From assembly GCA_964535515.1 (NCBI GenBank), contig CAZHTA010000001.1, forward strand, positions 49,707 through 113,706: a stretch of 64,000 nt of DNA, in the 5' to 3' direction. Positions 20,601 through 29,248 of the stretch are shown here, piece after piece; the first letter of the stretch is position 1; each line of letters opens with the position of its first letter. The DNA is from an uncultured Gammaproteobacteria bacterium. Its GTDB lineage: Bacteria; Patescibacteriota; Patescibacteriia; Magasanikbacterales; GWA2-37-8. Made by a program: the position numbers and the translations under genes. The notes beneath the pieces are model-generated. The model searched no databases, was not told the origin of the DNA, and worked only from the letters and a program-made list of their open reading frames with translations.

Positions 20601-21123
20601 TAATACCATACGCCCAATACAACCCCGTATTAAACCATTGCGGTGAATTAGGGGCGGTCATCTGTTTAACGATTGTAAAAACTAATTCATCATAAAAAAC
20701 CTGAGCATCATTGGCAGAAGCAAAATACCCAAACTTCTCTCCCCAATAACGCCAAGTGCCAGCGAGCCGATGAGCAACTTGCTTAACACTTTTTTCAGGA
20801 CCAAGCATGGGGGTCCCGTCAGCGTTAAGTTTCAAATTACCATCGGCGTCATATTGTGGTACACCGGCTTTACGAAAATATTTTTGTGCCAAAATATCAG
20901 TCGCTACTTGCGACCAAAAAACTGGTACTTCAACATCATTCATCTCAAAAATTATTCGACCACTTGTTTCACGAATAATGGAAGAACGTAGTTCGTATTG
21001 AAATAAATCATACGGACTTACTCCATCTTGGGTGAAGTGGCGCGTGAAGCGCAAACCATTTTCCGGAGAATATTTAAAGTCGTTATCGACTTTGTAAGTT
21101 TGCGTTGCCACGACAGTGTTCAT
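17680..21123 (-). CDS. nrdJ: Vitamin B12-dependent (class II) ribonucleotide reductase with C-terminal TSCPD and Zn-ribbon region
   Basis: PNSPQWFNTG, ACFI, SNPCSEY, APTGTIG, AISKTINMP, C-terminal CxxC...CxxC. Confidence 0.95.
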   Translation of the reverse strand: MNTVVATQTYKVDNDFKYSPENGLRFTRHFTQDGVSPYDLFQYELRSSIIRETSGRIIFEMNDVEVPVFWSQVATDILAQKYFRKAGVPQYDADGNLKLNADGTPMLGPEKSVKQVAHRLAGTWRYWGEKFGYFASANDAQVFYDELVFTIVKQMTAPNSPQWFNTGLYWAYGINGPSQGHHFVDPTTGVLTAASDSYSHPQPHACFIQSVRDDLVNEGGIMDLWIREARLFKYGSGTGTNFSNLRGKGEKLSGGGTSSGLMSWLKIGDRAAGAIKSGGTTRRAAKMVILNIDHPDIEEFISWKVMEEKKVAALVAAGYDSSYESEAYQTVSGQNSNNSVRVNQAFLEAVESNTDWNLTWRTDGRSCKTLLARSLWDQIAHAAWACADPGLQFDTTINEWHTCPQSGTINGSNPCSEYMFLDNTACNLASINLAHFYDSETVTFDIPGFTYATRLWTVVLEISVLMAQYPSAEIAQGSYDYRTLGLGYANIGSLLMTAGIPYDSPSALAFAGSVTSLMTAESYATSAEMARLHGPFVKFEENRADMLRVMRNHRRATFGVSEDEYEGLSVKPLAIDPQYAPAYLLVAARESWNKALEMGEKYGYRNAQTTLLAPTGTIGLLMDCATTGVEPDFALVKFKKLSGGGYFKIVNEAVPMALKTLGYNESQINDVVNYLKGRATLKGCPGINLESLKAKGLKEEEVNKIEKSLAGVFEIAFAFNVWTLGEDCLKRLGFTSEQYNDQNFDLFAALGFTREEVSIANEYVCGAMTIEGAPHLRQEHYAVFDTANKNGKKGERYIHYLGHIRMMAAVQPFLSGAISKTINMPNEATEEDIKIAYNASWKLCLKAIAIYRDGCKLSQPLSSKSKEKAEDKKEEKAVEAAAEIAPAPVAVAPTHSDSQMQVNYAHDGSENGRKVYIHGEQRKMPYKRSGLTIKAKVGGQKLFLRTGEYPDGKLGEVFIDMYKEGASFRSLLNLFAISISTGLQYGIPLEEYVDKFTFTRFEPSGMTDHPNIKLSTSIVDFIFRVLGMEYLGRTDFVQVKPTGIQKNRAEQLAKLMAEATGQKTLELPEIKEEIDGEVEKEKIILKDETATKDQLALFKKEVADSGADQQLSGMMGDAPPCSTCGHITIRSGSCYKCLNCGSTTGCS

Positions 21124-21187
21124 ATATTTAAGATGAATTTTTTTAAAATTATTTTAATATATTACTAGATTGCTTTAATCTCAGAAA

Positions 21188-21235
21188 AAGCCACAATTTG
21201 TGCTCAGAAAACTTTTAGACCACAATATGTTGTGT
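21188..21235. promoter_or_regulatory. Tandem NrdR boxes upstream of nrdJ
   Basis: ccacaatatgttgtgt (21220-21235) matches acaCwAtATaTwGtgt; a weaker box lies 32 bp away (21188). Confidence 0.6.
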
Positions 21236-21368
21236 AACAGCTAAAGCTCATTCATTATATCATACTCGTCAAACTGCTACCAACAAACTGCTTTTTAATG
21301 CATTTTTAGATAAAAAAACAAGGTTGAGACTCCCCCTTGCAAAAGTTATCCACAGAACTTTTTCTTGT

Positions 21369-21848
21369 TTACTCTTCTTTGTCTAACCCAAGCGAAGCCA
21401 AAATAGCTGACACCCTCTTTTCTGCTTCACTTTCTAATATTTGTCGGTCCCTAATCTGCCCCTCATCCTCCAAAACAGTAATTTCCTCGGCCAACAAAGC
21501 CACCCGCAAATCTGATAGTTCACCTCTTAAGCCCGCCAGCTTACTTTTTAGATTTGCCACGTTCTGCTGATCACGCTCTACCGAAGGGATTGATTCGTCG
21601 GCATTTAGTGCCAACTGCGCTCGAATCGCCTGGACAGCCTTAATCACCGCCTGCATATTGGCCAAGATATTCTGCATCTGTTGTTTGGTACTTTTAACCT
21701 CTTTCGATACCTGTTCTGCTCGTTCTCGAGCCGCCATCTTCTTCTCCTGTGCTTCCATCGCCGCTTCTTTAGACTCTTGACCTACCTCAAAACTCTCGGA
21801 GCGAGGGCGATTAAAATTTTCAATTTCGTTGTTAGGTGACATACACAA
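21369..21848 (-). CDS. Hypothetical coiled-coil protein
   Basis: 159-aa ORF with heptad-like Glu/Lys/Gln/Ala composition. Confidence 0.7.
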   Translation of the reverse strand: MCMSPNNEIENFNRPRSESFEVGQESKEAAMEAQEKKMAARERAEQVSKEVKSTKQQMQNILANMQAVIKAVQAIRAQLALNADESIPSVERDQQNVANLKSKLAGLRGELSDLRVALLAEEITVLEDEGQIRDRQILESEAEKRVSAILASLGLDKEE

Positions 21849-21949
21849 ATATTTTATTAACTAATTATATCACCACTCTTCTCTCATTGACAACTGCAAA
21901 AAACAATGATTAGATAATACTGAACCACCAATGCCTCAGGAGGCACCAA

Positions 21950-22183
21950 ATGGCAACGGTCGACAGACACCCCACCGGCGCACATCGACAGTCGTACAGC
22001 GACAACCGGAACCATCTGTTCGAGCGGCGCAAGAAGAAGCGGGCCAACGCTGCCGCACGAGCGAAGATCCCCCTCGAGCGGCGCCTCGCGGCCGAGAAGG
22101 CCTGGCGCAACATGCCGGGTGGCGTCCTGCCGAGCTTCGCACGGCCGGAACAGACCCACTACATGTCGCGGTATGGGTACTAG
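21950..22183 (+). CDS. GC-rich, highly basic 77-aa hypothetical protein
   Basis: AGGAGG RBS (21938-21943), TTGACA promoter upstream, palindromic terminator 22328-22356 downstream. Confidence 0.6.
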   Translation: MATVDRHPTGAHRQSYSDNRNHLFERRKKKRANAAARAKIPLERRLAAEKAWRNMPGGVLPSFARPEQTHYMSRYGY

Positions 22184-22398
22184 ACCAGAGCACCCAACGT
22201 GCACTACACTCCTCCCGACCTAGGGCATTCCACTATGCCCGAGATCACAGGAACTCCCGTTCCTGCTTCGATCTCAAAAGCAAAAAATATTTTTTTACTT
22301 TTGAGAAAGCAGGAACAAAACAATAGGACAATTCGCATATATGCGAATTGTTTTTTAATCTTTACAATAAAAACTCGAAAGCATATAATATCTCTACT

Positions 22399-23427
22399 AT
22401 GACCGATACTGACGACCGCCTAGTGGCGGCAGAAGAAAATACGGAAGAGACTTTCTTAGACCGAGCGCTCCGCCCTGAGACCTTAGGTGATTTTATTGGC
22501 CAAAATAATATTAAGCAGAACTTAGAGGTGGCCCTGACCGCTACTAAAAATCGCGGCGACGTTTTAGAACATATCATGCTCTATGGCAACCCTGGTCTAG
22601 GAAAAACCACCCTCGCTCACATCATCGCCCGTGAAATGGGTAGTAATATTAAAATCATCGCTGGTCCAACTTTAGAAAAAGTTGGTGATCTAGCTGCCAT
22701 CCTATCTAACCTTCAGCAAGGCGACATCTTGTTTATCGATGAAATCCACCGCTTAAACAAAACTATCGCTGAGGTCCTCTACCCGGCCCTAGAAGATTTT
22801 GTCTTAGACATCATAATCGGCCAAGGACCAGCTGCTCGCACTATCCGTATGCCAATTGCTCCATTTACCCTGATTGGCGCTACCACAAAGATGAGCTTGC
22901 TACCTGGACCACTACGCGATCGCTTTGGGCATGTGTACCATTTAAATTTTTACGAACCAGAAGAGATTGAAACTATTGTCGGCAGAAGTGCTAAGTTGTT
23001 ACAAATAACAATTGAACCAACCGCCGTAAAATTAATCTCCACTCGTGCCAGGCGCACACCTCGTATTGCCAACCGACTTTTAAAACGTGTTCGCGATTAT
23101 GCCGAAGTACATACGGATGCTGTAATCAACGAAACCTCTGCTCTTGGCGCTTTAGAAATGTTAGCAATTGACGAATTAGGCCTAGACGAAATTGATCGCC
23201 ATCTTTTAAATACCTTAATTGAAAAATTTAATGGTGGACCAACCGGCCTAAACACTTTAGCGGCGTCTGTAGCCGAAGAAATGGATACCATTGAAACCGT
23301 CTACGAACCATACCTTTTACAGTTAGGATTTTTAGAACGTACCCCCCGCGGACGTAAAGCTTCACCCGCTGCTTACAAACATTTAGGGCATATTGTCCCA
23401 CCGGGACAAACTAATGCTAATTATTAA
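22399..23427 (+). CDS. ruvB: Holliday junction branch migration helicase RuvB
   Basis: LRP..L.DFIGQ, GNPGLGKTTLA, LFIDEIHRL, RTPRIANRLLKRVRD, ERTPRGR. Confidence 0.97.
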   Translation: MTDTDDRLVAAEENTEETFLDRALRPETLGDFIGQNNIKQNLEVALTATKNRGDVLEHIMLYGNPGLGKTTLAHIIAREMGSNIKIIAGPTLEKVGDLAAILSNLQQGDILFIDEIHRLNKTIAEVLYPALEDFVLDIIIGQGPAARTIRMPIAPFTLIGATTKMSLLPGPLRDRFGHVYHLNFYEPEEIETIVGRSAKLLQITIEPTAVKLISTRARRTPRIANRLLKRVRDYAEVHTDAVINETSALGALEMLAIDELGLDEIDRHLLNTLIEKFNGGPTGLNTLAASVAEEMDTIETVYEPYLLQLGFLERTPRGRKASPAAYKHLGHIVPPGQTNANY

Positions 23428-23430
23428 AAT

Positions 23431-23691
23431 ATGATCGCCATCCCTCTCTACGTTTTTCTTTTTATCTACTTTGCCTTTCTGTTAGTATTTGCGATTTTTA
23501 CAATTATAAACTTCGGACACATTTTCCAAACCGGCGGTATCACCTTCACTAGCTTTATTGTTACGGCCATAATTTTAATATTGACTGCCTTTGTCCTTTT
23601 CTTCACTTGGTTCTTATTGCAAAATGTAAACTGGACAGAAACCTGGCAAATTACTAACTGGTTTAGTAATGGTTCAAATAACCTTTTTTAA
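23431..23691 (+). CDS. Small two-TM membrane protein
   Basis: Hydrophobic 86-aa ORF coupled to ruvB. Confidence 0.7.
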   Translation: MIAIPLYVFLFIYFAFLLVFAIFTIINFGHIFQTGGITFTSFIVTAIILILTAFVLFFTWFLLQNVNWTETWQITNWFSNGSNNLF

Positions 23692-23694
23692 AAT

Positions 23695-24240
23695 ATGAAC
23701 CTAATTAATTTCATCCATAAAAAATCTTACGAAAAAATTGTTAAAACCGTCCGTCGTGATCCAATTACTTTTGTACCATACATTATTGTCTTCTTACTAA
23801 CAATGTTAGTACCAGTTGGAGTGTTATGGTTAATCAACACTATGTTCCCTGGTCTACTAGTTGGAGCCATCTCCTATCCACTTGTCGTACTTTTCGCCAG
23901 CGCTTACTACCTTTGTCTTTTTCTTTTCTTTTACTCCTACTTTGTTGCTTTCTATTTAGACATGTGGGTAATCACCAACGATCGCTTAATTGACGTTCGT
24001 CAGATTAGTCTATTTGCTAAATCAATTGCCGAACTTGATCTTTATCAAATTCAAGACGCCACCTCTGATGTTAAAGGTTTTTTTGCTTCCGTATTTAATT
24101 ATGGTAATGTTAATTTGCAAACCGCTGGCTCCGTACCTAAGTTCATTATTTACAACACTCCTGATCCACACGCCTTAAGACAACTCATCCTTGACCTCGC
24201 AGCTGAAGACAAACGATACCACGCGAGCCAGAAGAAATAG
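23695..24240 (+). CDS. Membrane protein with bacterial PH (bPH_2) domain
   Basis: Two TMs then ITNDRLI...IQD...NYGNVNLQTAG. Confidence 0.8.
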   Translation: MNLINFIHKKSYEKIVKTVRRDPITFVPYIIVFLLTMLVPVGVLWLINTMFPGLLVGAISYPLVVLFASAYYLCLFLFFYSYFVAFYLDMWVITNDRLIDVRQISLFAKSIAELDLYQIQDATSDVKGFFASVFNYGNVNLQTAGSVPKFIIYNTPDPHALRQLILDLAAEDKRYHASQKK

Positions 24241-24288
24241 GACAAAAAAATCCCGACACAATCGGGATTTTTAATTTTACTTAAAATT

Positions 24289-26379
24289 TTAATATACCCT
24301 CTCCACCCCAACACCCGTGTAATAGTACTTAAGTAGCTGATCATATGTCCAACTATCTTCGGCCGCTCTCCTAGAAGCGTCATAAGCACTCATACCCACG
24401 CCATGACCAAACATACTTTTGCCTTGATCATAAATACAATCAACTGGTTGTAACCACGGTTTGTCTGTACCACCCCACACTTCTTTCCAACCTCTTGTCT
24501 TGCCGTTAGAATTACCAAAGTATGGTGTGGTAACTGGATTATTATTGTAAGTCACCATCTCACCATAAGTGGCCTGAGCGGCCTGTACTACTCTTGGCAT
24601 CAATACTTCTGAGTTATATCCTAAATACAATTGATCAACAGTCGTGGGAAAAACATCAAAACTTGGTTGAGCCGAAGAAACACTCATTCGAATATTGTTG
24701 TAAGCATAACTACGAGCGGCCACTAATATTGCTTTGATATATTCCATCGCTGCACCATTAGAGGTTTCACCAATACCAGCAATGTATGCATCTAGTGGTA
24801 ACTCGTTGATAACATAAGGCAAAGCGCTCTTTGGAGAATATACATACTCTAGCGTACCGCGATATATATTAAAGTTTTTGTTTCCCTTCCAAGAAACCAA
24901 CCTCTCATAGTTTGTTAAAGTAAAATATGCTTCTTTGTTACTAGATACTAAGCGAATAAAACTATGACCGGAAAACTCTATTGCCCCACCAAGAAAATTA
25001 TACACTCCTTGTGAGTACGATAGTGTTGCTAGCTCATTTGGTTCCAACCAACCTTTAGAAATATTATCAGCAAAAACTTCATAACGAAAATTAGCTTTAA
25101 ACTTTACTGCCTCAGCAGTCTTGTAAAGTCCCACCCGAATATTTGGTTCACTAATTAAAGCGCGAGCAGTCTGCCAAGTTGTTTCTTGATAATCACTTGG
25201 CGCATCAACTAAAACTTTAACTGGCAATTCTAAAGTACCACCGCTCGTGGTATGATCATTGGCGACTAACTGAAAACGTAAAATGTAATTGCCTGCTAGA
25301 CGTGGAGCACGAAACGTAAAACCAAACTCTAGTGGATCGCCTGGTTTTATTATATTGCTCCCCGCTTCAATCAATTTACGTGACTGCCAGCTAGGAGAAG
25401 AAATATTTAGAGCCGAAGAATTATCTAACGCCACACTACCTGCTTCCTGCCAAATATATTTACTCCACTCTTTTGTACCGTCGTTAGTATAGCGAACAAT
25501 AAAATTCACATCATTCCCACCTTGAGCAACCTCGACATTACGCGATGAAAAAGCTAACAGGTGTGATTTGTATTCACCTGAGTCTGCGGCCACCTCTACT
25601 GCCCCCGCTGAGTTACCACTGGCACTAGTGCTGTCGCTAACTGTTGTGTCATTACTTTTTGCTACTCCATTTATCTTTTCTCTCGTTGCCAAATCTAAAA
25701 TACCAGTTTGACTAAGCTTGTTTGCTTTCTGATATTGAATAAGAGACGCTTTAGTAACCGAACCAAAGTAATTGGTAATGTAAGGGTGAGTAAAATATCC
25801 CAGATTCTTTAAAAACTTTTGTAGCTCGCTCACCGCATTATCTGTCATCCCTAGACTTAGTGTCTTAGTAAACACTGTCGTCGCCGATACTGCTGCTTTT
25901 TTAGCTACTTTAATTTTCAAGAAAAAATATGATCCTTGAATCCAAGTATGATTTTCTGCAACTAAGTAAAATCTTTCAGTGTAATCTCCCAACTTAGTTG
26001 GTGCTCTTAATAATATTTTAAACTCACCAATCGCCCCAGGCTTAGTATCAGCTTTTAACTTAGCGGGCTGATCATTGTGCACCCAACTAGCCTGATCAAA
26101 AAAAACACTCGCCCGATAATTTGGATCAACTGTATAAACCGAAACATAGTTAGTACCAGTTGCTTTCCAAATGGTCTTACCGGTATTTTTAATTTTTAAA
26201 ACAACTTCTTTGGCACTACCAGCTTCAATCGAAACTGGATCCGCGACTGATTGACTTACATACTTACCGGCATAATCTTTGTCCTTAAACGTGGGTATCT
26301 CAAACTCCGCCGCTGATACGGTGGGAATAAAAAAGAAAACAGTAAAGATAGCAACAAATATCAAAAAAAGTCTTTTCAT
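24289..26379 (-). CDS. Secreted SpoIID/LytB-domain protein with NBR1-Ig-like and peptidoglycan-binding domains
   Basis: Signal peptide, KNTGxxxW Ig motif, LQKFLKNLGY..YFGSVT, INELPLDAY, AARSYA, GHGVGMS, LKYYY. Confidence 0.88.
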   Translation of the reverse strand: MKRLFLIFVAIFTVFFFIPTVSAAEFEIPTFKDKDYAGKYVSQSVADPVSIEAGSAKEVVLKIKNTGKTIWKATGTNYVSVYTVDPNYRASVFFDQASWVHNDQPAKLKADTKPGAIGEFKILLRAPTKLGDYTERFYLVAENHTWIQGSYFFLKIKVAKKAAVSATTVFTKTLSLGMTDNAVSELQKFLKNLGYFTHPYITNYFGSVTKASLIQYQKANKLSQTGILDLATREKINGVAKSNDTTVSDSTSASGNSAGAVEVAADSGEYKSHLLAFSSRNVEVAQGGNDVNFIVRYTNDGTKEWSKYIWQEAGSVALDNSSALNISSPSWQSRKLIEAGSNIIKPGDPLEFGFTFRAPRLAGNYILRFQLVANDHTTSGGTLELPVKVLVDAPSDYQETTWQTARALISEPNIRVGLYKTAEAVKFKANFRYEVFADNISKGWLEPNELATLSYSQGVYNFLGGAIEFSGHSFIRLVSSNKEAYFTLTNYERLVSWKGNKNFNIYRGTLEYVYSPKSALPYVINELPLDAYIAGIGETSNGAAMEYIKAILVAARSYAYNNIRMSVSSAQPSFDVFPTTVDQLYLGYNSEVLMPRVVQAAQATYGEMVTYNNNPVTTPYFGNSNGKTRGWKEVWGGTDKPWLQPVDCIYDQGKSMFGHGVGMSAYDASRRAAEDSWTYDQLLKYYYTGVGVERVY

Positions 26380-26474
26380 AAAAAATATAGTTCCTATCTA
26401 TTATACCATACTTTCAAACCACGCCTTTTTATTGAAAAAAAACAGTTTTTAAGATATACTTAACTCAGAAAAAT

Positions 26475-27914
26475 ATGGAAACATTACATAAAATTGCTCG
26501 TAATACGGGCTTTCAAATTGGTGGGAAGATTATTAGCACAACCCTAGGGATTGCGGCCGTTATGGTAATGACCCGACATTTAGGGGTAGAGCAGTTTGGT
26601 TGGTACACCACTGCCGTTGGATTTTTGCAGTTTATTGGCTTACTATCTGATTTTGGTTTTACGGTCACTACTGCCCACATGTTATCTGAACCGGCATTTG
26701 AAAAAAACAAATTGTTTAATACTCTTTTTACCTGGCGCTTTTTAACTGCCTTGCTATTTAATGGCTTGGCTCCAGTTTTTATTCTTTTCTTCCCTTACCC
26801 AACACCAGTAAAGATAGCGGTGATAATCGCGGCAGTTTCTTTCTTCGCCCTTTCATTAAACCAAGCTTTCATTGGTTATTACCAAGCAAAAGTAAAAACC
26901 AATTTTATTGCCATTGGAGAAATAATCGGCAGAGTGGTTTTGTTAGTCGGCGTGGTGCTGGCTTTTTACTTTAACTGGAGCTTCTTGTGGATTATGGTCA
27001 TAGTGGCCCTAGGTTCAATCGCCAACCTCATTTACTTGTGGAACAAAAGCGAACCAATACGATTTTCTTTAGACAAAGAAATCTCTAAAGCAATCTATAA
27101 AAAAATCTGGCCCAACGCTACTGCTGTTATTTTCAATTCCTTCTATCTACAAGGCGATCGCGTGATCTTACCTCTTTTTGTTTCTCAGACATTAGTTGGT
27201 CTCTACGGTGCTGCTTATCGAGTACTCGACATTGTTATCCAAATTGCCACTTTAATAATGGGGATAATGTTGCCATTAATCACTTTCTCTTGGTCACGCA
27301 ACCATCTACAAGAATTTAAAGAACGCTATCAATTGGCGATAAACATAAGCGCTTTAATATTATTCCCTATTTTGGTCGGTATTGTAATTAAAGCCGAACC
27401 AATCATGAACTTCGTTGCCAGTGAAAAATTTATTGGTTCTGGTAATATTTTACGCTACCTCGCCTTATCAATTCTCGGCATTTGCTTTGGCGTAACTTTT
27501 GGCTACACTGCACTAGCGCTCAATCGCCAACGCCAAGCACTCTGGATCTATGGTAGCAATGCAATTTTAAGTATCATTGGATATTTTGTCTTTATCCCCC
27601 GCTTTGGTATTTGGGGAGCAGTTGGTGTAACTATATTCTCCGAAATATATTCTGGGTTGTTATTATTCATCCTAGTAACAGTAGCCAGTAAAACTCTCCC
27701 TAAAATTTTTACTTTAATAAAAATCACTCTGGCTAGCATATTAATGGGTTTAATATTGCTTAAATTTCCAACCAACTCTTTACTGGTAAGCATTTTAATT
27801 GGTGTCTTGTCATATGGAATCCTAGTCTTAGGCTTAAGGATAATCTCCTGGAAGACAATAAAAACAATTTTACTACCCACAACGTTTGCTGAAAACCAGG
27901 AAAATGGGTTATAA
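26475..27914 (+). CDS. Polysaccharide flippase (Wzx/RfbX family)
   Basis: Multi-TM; RHLGVEQFG, SDFG, VGLYGAAYR motifs. Confidence 0.88.
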   Translation: METLHKIARNTGFQIGGKIISTTLGIAAVMVMTRHLGVEQFGWYTTAVGFLQFIGLLSDFGFTVTTAHMLSEPAFEKNKLFNTLFTWRFLTALLFNGLAPVFILFFPYPTPVKIAVIIAAVSFFALSLNQAFIGYYQAKVKTNFIAIGEIIGRVVLLVGVVLAFYFNWSFLWIMVIVALGSIANLIYLWNKSEPIRFSLDKEISKAIYKKIWPNATAVIFNSFYLQGDRVILPLFVSQTLVGLYGAAYRVLDIVIQIATLIMGIMLPLITFSWSRNHLQEFKERYQLAINISALILFPILVGIVIKAEPIMNFVASEKFIGSGNILRYLALSILGICFGVTFGYTALALNRQRQALWIYGSNAILSIIGYFVFIPRFGIWGAVGVTIFSEIYSGLLLFILVTVASKTLPKIFTLIKITLASILMGLILLKFPTNSLLVSILIGVLSYGILVLGLRIISWKTIKTILLPTTFAENQENGL

Positions 27915-27943
27915 TACTAAAAGATTATTAAATAAAAAAATAT

Positions 27944-28996
27944 ATGGACTTTGCCAAAATTCGCAATTACCTTTTCTTGGGATTACTATTAATCGTAACC
28001 CTAGCGTTCTTCTCAACCATCAAAGTATTTGCCTACCCCATATTTTGGGCGATGGTAATAGCAGCAATATTTTATCCACTCTACAAATGGTTAAATACCA
28101 AATTAAAACACCCTGATTTAAGTTCCACAATTACTCTAATTACAGTATTTTTAGTAATCGTTATTCCTTTCAGCATTTTAGGAACATTAATAATCAAACA
28201 ATCCGTTGACCTCTACTCTTCTATTAACGGAAATCGCGGACAAATACTTCAAGCCGTTCAAGATACTACCCGCTGGATACAAAACAATCCAATAACTAAA
28301 CAACTAAATTTTGATGATGCCTTTTGGGTAGAAAAGTTTTCTCAATTTACCCAAACAGTCACCACTTTCTTAATCAACTCAGCCACTGCTTTCACCCAAA
28401 ACTCAGTGACTTTTATTATCATGTTCATCGTCATGTTTTATGCGCTCTTCTTCTTTTTGCGTGACGGTGAAAAACTATTACATAAATTAATGCACCTTTG
28501 CCCACTAGGTGATCGCTATGAACAAAAACTTTACGACCGTTTTACCTCCACTGCTCGTGCTACTATTAAAGGAAACTTGATCCTAGGAGCAATCCAGGGC
28601 GGACTAGGCGTACTACTGTTTGCCTTAACCGGAATACCCGGAGCACTTATCTGGGGTATAATCATGATGTTGTTTTGTGTGATCCCTGGTCTTGGATCTT
28701 TTATCGTCTGGTTTCCAATCGGATTAATCACTCTTCTAACTGGTAATACCTGGCAAGGGGTAGTGATCTTATCGGTAGGCGCTTTACTTATTAGCACCAT
28801 CGACAATTTCTTACGACCAGTATTGGTGGGCAAAGATATCCAAATGCATCCACTACTCGTGCTCTTCTCTACCCTAGGTGGTATCGTCGTATTTGGTGCT
28901 TCTGGCTTTGTTATTGGCCCAATCATCGCTGCCCTATTTATGGCCTTCTGGGATATGTATGAGGAATACTATCGTAGTGAGTTGAATAACAACTAA
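27944..28996 (+). CDS. AI-2E family transporter
   Basis: FFFLRDGE, IDNFLRP, LGGIVVFGASGFVIGP. Confidence 0.9.
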   Translation: MDFAKIRNYLFLGLLLIVTLAFFSTIKVFAYPIFWAMVIAAIFYPLYKWLNTKLKHPDLSSTITLITVFLVIVIPFSILGTLIIKQSVDLYSSINGNRGQILQAVQDTTRWIQNNPITKQLNFDDAFWVEKFSQFTQTVTTFLINSATAFTQNSVTFIIMFIVMFYALFFFLRDGEKLLHKLMHLCPLGDRYEQKLYDRFTSTARATIKGNLILGAIQGGLGVLLFALTGIPGALIWGIIMMLFCVIPGLGSFIVWFPIGLITLLTGNTWQGVVILSVGALLISTIDNFLRPVLVGKDIQMHPLLVLFSTLGGIVVFGASGFVIGPIIAALFMAFWDMYEEYYRSELNNN

Positions 28997-29076
28997 GAGC
29001 TTAAAAACTGCTAACAAAAAAACAAACAAAAATATCAGATAAAATAAAAAATGACCAATTGGTCATTTTTTATTTG

Positions 29077-29150
29077 TTGCGGGGCCCGGATTTGAACCGG
29101 GAACCTCAAGGTTATGGGCCTTGCGAGCTGCCTGGTTGCTCTACCCCGCG
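29077..29150 (-). tRNA. tRNA-fMet (CAT), initiator type
   Basis: CGCGGGG/CCCCGCA with C1:A72 mismatch, anticodon CAT, T-arm CCCGG-TTCAAAT-CCGGG; CCA not encoded. Confidence 0.9.
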
Positions 29151-29248
29151 ATGTAATCTGCACCCCATTATACTTGATTTTTTAATTTTGTCAACCCACA
29201 TTACTAAAAAACCTTTTATTTGATATAATAGAACCAAATAAAATATAT

